Part shown: piece by piece, positions 52,200 through 64,000 of the stretch
Layout: every line of letters begins with the position of its first letter
Position numbering within the stretch: position 1 is the stretch's first letter
Assembly (NCBI RefSeq): GCF_009914755.1
Contig: NC_060930.1
Direction: 5' to 3' (one strand)
Source of the DNA: the human T2T-CHM13v2.0 reference genome, Homo sapiens
DNA: 64,000 nt
Notes under the pieces: generated by a model
Told to the model about the DNA's origin: nothing
What the model saw: the letters and a program-made list of their open reading frames with translations, nothing else
Databases searched by the model: none
Made by a program: the position numbers and the translations under genes

Positions 52200-53000
52200 A
52201 GTTTATTTTTTGACATTTTCAGATTGAGATGCCTATCAGCGATCAGGTGGAATTTTCTCTTAGGCTTTTGGATTAGCTGGGCCTAAATATGTGGGAGCCT
52301 TTAGCATAAAGGTGGTAGCTGCAGTCACAATAGGGGTTAGGACAGCCAGAGAGAAAGGAAGAAGAAAGGTGAGCCAGGAACGAGGTCCTGGGAAACACCA
52401 GCATTTAGAGGGCAGACAAAAGCAGAGGACCAAAAAAAACAGAAGAAGACCAGTCAGAGAAATAGGAGGACAACCGCTATAGTAGGGAGTGGGCTTTTGG
52501 AAGCTGAGGAAAGAGACGTCCAAGAAGAAAGTCCTCAGCTGAATCAAATGCTAAGGAAATGTCAAGTGAGGTGAAGCCTGGAGAGCCCCCTGGATTTAGC
52601 AATTGGTAATTCATTTATGGGAGTACAGAAGATGGAGGATGCTACTTTGTTTCTTTACACATTAAGAAATCTGAACATGATCACAGTCAGGAGAATGAGC
52701 CAGTAAAGAAACAGAGATGAAAAACACGGGAGAGCTAGGAGATGATGAGAAATGAACCTGAGGAAATCAGGGGCTTTAGCCAGATCAGGGAGAGACCTTG
52801 GAAAGAGGCGACACCTCTTCCTTTAGTACTGGAGGGGAGGAAGAGGGGTGAATGCAACCAGATGAGTTTTTACATTTGGGGGGCAGGTAGCTGAGGAAGT
52901 TCACTCCAGACAGTCTTGATTTACTGGGCTTAAAACTGGTCCCAGGTATAGCTGGCCGCCTCTTGAAGACAAGAGGACCTGGAGCTGATGACACACTCAC
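52200..53000 (-). mobile_element. L2 LINE fragment
   Basis: Purine-rich, degenerate L2-like text (ttgagatgcct..., tggatttagcaa...); boundaries approximate. Confidence 0.55.
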
Positions 53001-53995
53001 GGCACTTGAACTCTGGTGTATTTTTAGAATCCCAGGTAAAACTCCTGAACAAGATTCTCAAGAACAGTTTGAAAGTGTCTGGTTGCCGGAGGAGGGGATG
53101 GGAAAGCTGCTTTAGAGACTGTTAGGTATCAAACAAAGTTCTGGAAGAGGCCAGCATTCCTCCAGAGAATTGTGAAAGATACAAATCGGTGATAACCCTA
53201 TGGACTGGAATTGGATTCTATGGCTGTCTCATTCCATACACAGCAGTTCTGGAGGTGTCAAGATGGCTGCCTGGTCTCTCCATGCCAGCAGTTTGGGGCT
53301 TCAGTAGCTACTACTGCCTCCTAGTCTCCACCTGATGAAAGAAGTTCTGACAAGGCTAAGTGGCCCCAAGGTGTCATTCTCCCTCCACCTTCCTATAAGT
53401 TGCATATGTTACAAAGGAACAGGACAAAAAAAGAGACTTTGGTCAATACCCACAGAAAACCCCAGGAACCCCAAATCATTTCTCATGAATTGGACCGCAA
53501 CACCCAGCCCCAGTCCGGGGGACTTGCTTAAAGATGAGCATCAGCATTTAGGCTAAAGGGTTATGAAGCTGTGGTTGAAGATGCCAATCCCAATGCCGGG
53601 GCTCAGGTTTAGCTATGGTAACAATAAAACAGACGAGATCTGGGAAAATGTTCTATTTGCTAAGTCAGATATGAGGCTGCTGAACTGTCTGATCTGATTC
53701 CTGTTTAATGCTTTTATGACAAGGAAAATGAAATCTCCCAAAAGTACTTGCCAGAATATTGAAAATTATTCTTGACTTTTAATATTTAGTTGGCTTAGTT
53801 TGGATAATTTGAGATTTACAACTTTCTAGCTCCTTCTAAAACACACCATGATGCTATTCTCAGTAACCAGCTAGGGTGATGAATTATGTATTCTGTTCAT
53901 ATGAATGGGGGTGACATTTAAAATATGTAACAGGCTGGGCACAGTGGTTCACACCTGTAATCCCAGCATGGTGGGAGGCTGAGGCAGGAGGATCA

Positions 53996-54268
<273 letters not shown>

Positions 54269-54839
54269 CTAGAGCTGAGACTCTCTGGATACATATGTGT
54301 GGGGAGGCAAGAGGCAGGCTGGTTTCCCTCTTCCCTTGATAGGGGACAGGGCCCCTTTTATTCAAATATCTTGGGACAGGCTAAGTCCAGGAGGCCAGCA
54401 GACCAAGGGGGTCACCCAGGTACTTGACATCTGGATTATTCTTAGCTATCTATTGTTTAAACATTATATTTTAATATTGTCCTGATATTATAAATAGGGT
54501 AAAAAGAAAGTTTTCTCAATGTTTATAACTTAAGCTTATATTTTGTTCTTCTAAAGCTTCTTTTACTAGTTTGTGGGATTTAAGACTAAAGCCTGCCTTT
54601 CTAAAGGATGGTTTCCAAAGTCTTTTCTTCCTAGTTAAAATCAACCAAAATTAAAGAAATTATTGTATTCTTCTTCCACTTAGTAAATATTCTACTTCCT
54701 ACACCCTTCCCTCATTTCTGTTGTTTTCTGTCTTTGTCACTAGGGCACTTGGAAAGAGAACTAGGTATTCTAAGACCTTTACTCTTCTTTCATCGTAAAT
54801 AACTGAGTAATAACTGCCATCGTTTCTATATTTGGCTCA

Positions 54840-55010
54840 TGATATGAGCCACACAGTGCATTCAATGCTTGAGATTAATTATCCCATATATTCTTCTCAG
54901 CAACCCTATGAGGCAGGTATTGTTACTATCCTCATCTTACGAATGAGGAAACTGAGATCCAGAGAGATAAGATAGCCTGCTCAAGGTCATACAGTTTAGT
55001 GGGTAAGTGA
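54840..55010. mobile_element. MIR fragment
   Basis: MIR core caaccctatgaggcaggtattgttactatcctcatcttacgaatgaggaaactgag; similar cores near 51370, 59700 and 63720. Confidence 0.7.
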
Positions 55011-55031
55011 GAATTTTTTTTTTTTTTTTGA

Positions 55032-55303
<272 letters not shown>

Positions 55304-55617
55304 TGAGCAAGGATTTGAATTGTGGCATCTGACTCTAAAGCTTGTGTTCTCCCACCATGCCACAAGTATGACATTTTCCACAGGTGTCACACCTGGAAGG
55401 GTGTATAGAAAAGGCAGCTGAGGTCCAAAGATGGAAGGTTACTATCAGGAGCCCCAAGACGCAGTGCAATACAAGCAACGAGGAGACAGTTCTTTCGGTC
55501 CACTGACGGACTCCTCCTGTCCTGAGCTCTCATGGCCTCAGGGAATATCCTCAGCCAGAGGGCATGCAGTTCTGAGAAGACTACAGTCTGCAAAGGGTTT
55601 CCAAGGTGGACATTTAC

Positions 55618-55713
55618 CTGTTTCTGGGGCTGGGTGTTCCCCTCCTCCTCCATCACCCTTTGACTCAAATATATAACTTTCCTCTTTTCTGTTCTTCCCT
55701 GAGGAACTACTAT
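55618..55713 (-). CDS. LRP11: LRP11 penultimate exon (96 nt)
   Basis: Minus strand ttttctgcag|AT AGT...GAA ACA G|gtaaat; (D)SSSSGKNRKEESYIFESKGDGGGGEHPAPET(G); phase 1 at both ends, in frame with the last exon. Confidence 0.93.
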
Positions 55714-56290
55714 CTGCAGAAAAGAAAGAGAACATATATTGAAGGTGTATGCATCAGAAACTTCAGGAAACAAATGTGAAAATACAGCCTTATTTTTTTT
55801 TAAGATGGACTTAGAGAAGAACTGTTTATTTCTCTACTAAACAAAGGCCTATGTTTGATAGTTAAGCAGTAAATAACTAAGGTGACCCACTGAATAAAGC
55901 AAAGTACGCAGCTAATACGAAACCACCGACAGAGAGAGCGGAAGACACACCCTGCACCGGAACTACCACCACGCCTCTTGGAGAAGGGAGATCTCAGGCT
56001 AGAAGAGTCACAGGGAGTCTCCGGATATCACGCCATGAAAAGCAGAAACCAGAAAGGTTTTTCTTTGAAGAATAAACAATGGGCATATATAAGGCATTTA
56101 GACATGCTCTTTCTCTTTCTCACAACTCTGGATGGCAGGTATAAATAGCTCAATTTTCTTTCTGGTTAGGCTCAGGGTCAGGTTCGTACCTAGGTTCACA
56201 CAAGTAAGTGGGTCACAGGGCTGGGATGCAAACTGGTTTCTTGGTAGAGACCAGTACTTCTAATTTAATGATATATTACTTAACTATTAA

Positions 56291-56608
<318 letters not shown>

Positions 56609-57143
56609 TAAGTGGGATTTTTGAGTATTACAATGCTTAATGGCAATGAATTAGAAATAATCTACTGACAAATTTTATTGAGAAAATTTTTAAAGCTTCT
56701 TTACTCATATGGCATCAACATAAATGTTCCTAATTCCTGCAAATGAAATAAGACTATTTAAAGGTAGTATATAAAATTCTTTGGTAACTTGCATTTTGCA
56801 AATTTACTAAGTCACAAAGTTGGCCAGGTGCACTGGCTCATGCCTATAATCCTGGCACTTTGGGGACAGTCTACTGTGTCTTGTTACTCTAGAAAGTTCC
56901 ATGTATGTTGGTCCTACATACAGCCAATAATTTGGGCTTTCTCCATAAACTCTGAGCTCAGACAGAAGGAGAGAGATGAGGAAAGCACAGCCATTGCTCA
57001 TAGGCTGCAGGATCAGATTTCCCTGCAAAAAGAGTTCTGTTACTGTCCAACTCACTGCAGTAGCCACGACAGTGGTCACCAAGGACCTCTCCAGCTACCT
57101 GGATTCTCTTATATGATACCTGATCCCAGGCCAGGTAGTTCTA

Positions 57144-57563
<420 letters not shown>

Positions 57564-57780
57564 TTATTATATATGATTCTGGCCTAGGAAGCTATACTAG
57601 AAGTACTGTAAACATCTGCTGACATAGGAAAGCACTATTTAATACAGAAAAATAAGACCATGCAGCTTTTTTATTTTATTATATTTTTACTGCTAGTAGA
57701 CAGACCAGAGTGCAATTTTTGTGGCAAGTAATTTTTACACTTTTTCTCAGGGGTGAGGTAGTTAATAGGTACATATTTAA

Positions 57781-58005
<225 letters not shown>

Positions 58006-58727
58006 TGACTAATTTTTCTATTTTTTTGTAGAGATGGGGTTTTGCCATGTTTCCCAGGCTGGTCTTGAACTCCTGAGCTCAAGCAAGCCTCCCGCCTTGA
58101 CCTCCCAAAGTGCTGGAATTGCAGGTGTGAGCCACAGCACCTGACCTAAAAATATGAATATTTTCAATAGCATTTTGAAGGTTCAATGTAAGCCTTGTTT
58201 AGATTACTACAGAGACTCCAGTGAATGTTCCTGAGCTTTTGCTTGGTAGAGATATAGAAAACATTACTGTGTTTTAAAGTCAATAATGCCTGATTTTTTC
58301 AAATGCCAGTTGCTCGTGGATCTCCAAAAGAAACACAAGATTTGTTCTGTAGAGATATAAATCAGTGATATGCAAAACAGTCCATCCAGCAGCCGCACAC
58401 ACAAAACTAGCAGCCCTGAAACAGCTTGGAAATCAAACTGCTAAGTTACCTAAAAACCACTTGTGGCACTTCTCCCTTCATCCCTTTCCTCCTCCCCCAT
58501 GCCGTACTGCCAGGTTAGCTTGCAAAGGAACTTCTATGCATTCTGCTTTATCTCTCTCTCCAATAATAAATTTGGAAGTGGGAAGATCACATGGTGGGAA
58601 ACTCAAGTCCTACTTTTTAAAAATAATAAGCCAGGGCCTGGGCATGGTGGCTCACGCCTGTAATCCCAGCACTTTAGGAGGCCAAGGCGGGTGGATCACT
58701 TGAGGTCAGGAGTTCGAGACCAGCCTA

Positions 58728-58997
<270 letters not shown>

Positions 58998-59349
58998 TCA
59001 CCAACTCCCGATTTTTTTCAGAGGACTAACTGGTTTGTCTTTCACCCAATAAAAAAAATAAGATAACTGCATTTACAGTGTTCACCTCACTGTTTCTTCC
59101 CAATGAAGATGAGAGCTTGCTCATCTTAATTCTTAAAGGAACTCAGTACTGGAAACACTACTGCACTATTTCTATTTTTTATTTGAATTAACTGCCTTAT
59201 ACACTTGGCGCTCTCTTACCCTGGTTTCCTAGCGAATACCACTGGACTTGAATGTTCTAGCAAAAATTCAAACAGCACTAACATTTACTGAGAGACATCA
59301 ATTATATTTACATATAATATCTCCTGCAATCTTTGTAGCCATATTATGA

Positions 59350-59689
<340 letters not shown>

Positions 59690-60980
59690 TAAGGAAATGA
59701 AGTTTAGAGAAGTTGATTACCTAGTAGCTAGTAATTGGTGGTGCTGGAATTAGAACCCAGGACTGATCCAAAGCAGTTTTCCATTGAACCATACTGCTCT
59801 CAAGGTCACAACTAGCAAATACGAGTTTTTTACTCCAAGAACCAAGTCAATACTATATTTATTTACTCATACCCAGGCAAAATCACACACTTTTAAATGA
59901 TTTTTAGGAAGGTTCTGGACAAAGCTTTATTAAGGATGCAGTAGAGAAATTGGCTAACTGTACTTGCAAAAGGGACCTAACCTCACAGGTGGGTTCATGT
60001 AAAAAACTATGCAAATTCTTTCTGAATCTTCAGTTGTCAAAATTAAAGAGCACTTTCTTTCTTTAAGAAAAATTTTTTTAAACAGCATTTTCTTAAATGC
60101 CCTTATTCCCTGGGGAGAGGAAGATGGTGATGTAGGGAGGGATCAGGTATCAGGCAGCGGGCAGTGTGCATGGGAGACTTCAGAAGGCGCAGTTGCCCCA
60201 GACTCTAGGATTACCCAGGAACCTGGCCCTGCCTTCTGGGTAACTGAAATGTGAATTTCTGCTGTTTACATTCCATGAAGGAATTCCCTATGATTTCCCA
60301 GTCTGCCTGATTCATTTTTCCTAGATTTCAGCATAAGGAACGCCATAGAGAAATGCTTCACTTTCACACATCCAATCACAGGCTCTAGCCAGTGTGGCGA
60401 ATCGAAACAAAACAAAACAATGACATCACTTGCTTCTGGAAATAGTTACTTTTGGTAATGATCCTTCTGGAAGAGTTACATGTCTTAGGAGACCATTTTT
60501 CCTTTCTTCTGAATGTATTATGTTTACTATGCATGGCGACACATTCACAGAGGGAATTGGCAGCTGGATGGAAGCTGTTTTCATTTCATTTCCAGCTGCC
60601 ATAGAGCATGCAGGCATGATCCGGAAGAAATACTTTAACATGCCCAGGAATTCTCAAGTTTCAAAAAGCAGATTCCACGTGAATGTGGATGTAGCACCAC
60701 TTTTCTAGCCCTTCGTAGGGCTGGAAACCAGATTTCTTTCCTCGGGGTAGCTTGGATACAAGAGGGTGGAATTGTTAATGAATGACATGGACCACACAGA
60801 GAACAGGCCCTACGGCTATGACCATGGTCAACAATCCAGCCATTGTGCCTTTACATGCTGAGCAAACACAGGCCACACTGGAGCTCTGTGCTCCTCCTGC
60901 CCGGTGGCTCAGAGTGTACTGAGCATGCATTCGCTGGTGTAACTGAATGTCTGCACATACCTTCATTTTATCCTCAGTAA

Positions 60981-61326
<346 letters not shown>

Positions 61327-61784
61327 TAGTTTTAAGCCTTCAGAAACTGGCCTCTGGAAGGACGTACTAATTGCATTGCTACCAGCAGAGTGTGAGACTT
61401 GTTTCTCTCTACTCTTAGAAACATTAATTATTATAATTCTTCATCACTGTCAATGTGATAGGTGAAAAACTACATCTCACTACTTTGCATGCTACACTGT
61501 TAGTATTAATCTTAGTATCTTGTTAACAAGTCTTCCATGAGCTAAGTCTTTTTTTTTTTTTTTTTTGAGACGGAGTCTCACTCTGTCACCTGGGCTGGAG
61601 TGCAGTGGCGCAATCTTGGCTCACTGCAACCTCCGCCTCCTGGGTTCAAGTGATTCTCCTGCCTCAGCCTCCTGAGTAGCTGGGATTACAGGTGCCTGAC
61701 ACTACGCCCAGCTAATTTTTTGTATTTTTAGTAGAGATGGGGTTTCACCATGTTGGCCAGGCTGGTCTTGAACTGACCTCGTGA

Positions 61785-62592
<808 letters not shown>

Positions 62593-63219
62593 AATAATGC
62601 ACTTTTAAATCTACTTATGGGTCTTTAACTTACATGAAATCAGAGGCTGAGGACTCTACTCTGGTGGTCTTAGGGACAGCAGAGGGGGAGGGCAGGGACA
62701 GCTACTGTCTGAACAGAAATTACAGGATGTGAGGGCTCTTTCTAACATTTTCAGTTTTGTTTTTTTCTTCCCACTTTCTTCACCCCAGGACTTTCAAAAA
62801 GTGTGTTTTTGATGAATAGTTAATAATACATGAAAATGCTCATGAGTAAGAAAAAAGTTTTATAAAAGCATTATCCTGCTTTTGTTAAAAATGAATAAAT
62901 ATGTATATGTGTATGAATAGAAGTAACCAGAAGAAAATGCGACAAAATTTTAATGGTGAGTTTTGCTAGATGCTTTTAACTTTCTTTGTATTTTTCTATA
63001 TTTTCTACAGTAAATCCATATTATTTTAATAATTAGAAAAAGCCCTAATATAATAACTGTACATCTAATCTCTCTGCATCTGTGAAAGACCACTCTTTAC
63101 ATCTTCATAACCAAATCCAAAGGCTGATTATCAAAAAGCAAAAGGAGAGATCATAAATAGATTGGAAATTGGGTGCTGACTCCCATCAGCCGCAGGTGGC
63201 AGCCTGGAGCATTATTTTC

Positions 63220-63529
63220 TTTTTTTTCCCTCCAACTTCTAAGTTCCGGGGTACATGTGTAGGATGTGCAGGTTTGTCACACAGGTAAACGTGTCATGGT
63301 GGTTTGCTGCACAGATCATCCCATCCCTAGGTATTAAGCCCAGCATCCATTAGCTGTTCTGCCTGATGCTCCCCCTCCCCCTACCTCCCACCCTCTGACA
63401 GGCCCCAGTGTGTGTTGTTTCCCTCCATATGTTCATGTGTTCTCATCATTCGGCTTCCATTTCTAATGTGAGGACATGCAGTATTTGGTTTTCTGTTCCT
63501 GCGTTAGTTTGCTGAGAATAATGGCTTCT
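63220..63529 (-). mobile_element. 5'-truncated L1PA 3'-end fragment
   Basis: GGGGTACATGTGTAGGATGTGCAGGTTTGTCACACAGGTAAACGTG...; 19-bp TSD AGCCTGGAGCA(T/C)TATTTTC at 63201-63219 and 63530-63548. Confidence 0.9.
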
Positions 63530-64000
63530 AGCCTGGAGCACTATTTTCAAAAGGATTCTGAGCTAAGTCCACATTCCCCATGGGACAGTGCTGGGACCAA
63601 TGAGTGACACCTAGCATGGGTAAGGGCTGATGGGGTAAAGTATGAATGTCAGCCTATTTATCATTCCTCAGTGCTGGACGGCACCTTGGAGGACATCTGG
63701 TTGAAGTCCCTTATTAACAGATGAGGCAACTGAGGTCCAGAGATATGAAGTGACTTATTCAAGGTTCTAAAGGTAGAGCCAAGACCTGGGCTTTGGTCTC
63801 GACTCTACTTTCAGCTAATTTGTTCATGCTCACGTGGTTCTCTCCACCACAGTAATGTGGTAGGAATTCATCCATCCTGGCCTCTGATAACACAGATCTC
63901 TCCATAAACTCTTCACCCCTTCGGCAGTCCTGCCAAAGATGCCTGGTCTGCCCAACTCTGTTTCTTAGATTGTGATGCTCTTCTCCATACAAACTATCTT

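Noticed and set aside
60430-60708. 92-aa non-repeat ORF and the overlapping minus-strand ORF
   Set aside because: No recognisable domain, non-ATG start, and no match to the recalled LRP11 protein

Overview
Alu-dense primate (very probably human) genomic DNA. The + strand carries PCMT1 (protein-L-isoaspartate O-methyltransferase) from intron 1 through exons 2-8, including the alternative -RWK and -RDEL C-termini and the 3' UTR ending near 40.8 kb. The - strand carries the last two exons and 3' UTR of LRP11, converging on PCMT1 across a gap of about 7.4 kb. The introns contain a full-length antisense SVA with a 29-bp 3' transduction, a BTBD10 retrocopy, a 3'-UTR-only retrocopy, an ERV1-type solo LTR, Tigger and hAT DNA-transposon relics, L1/L2/MIR fragments and dozens of Alus. 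The most unusual signal is in PCMT1 intron 2: a long hairpin of about 78 bp (1253-1445) sits inside a candidate 234-nt poison exon, and exons 2-3 are bracketed by inverted AluY elements in back-splicing geometry. Nearly all ORFs in the supplied track are Alu/SVA or low-complexity artefacts. Gene and repeat names come from recall, not database searches.
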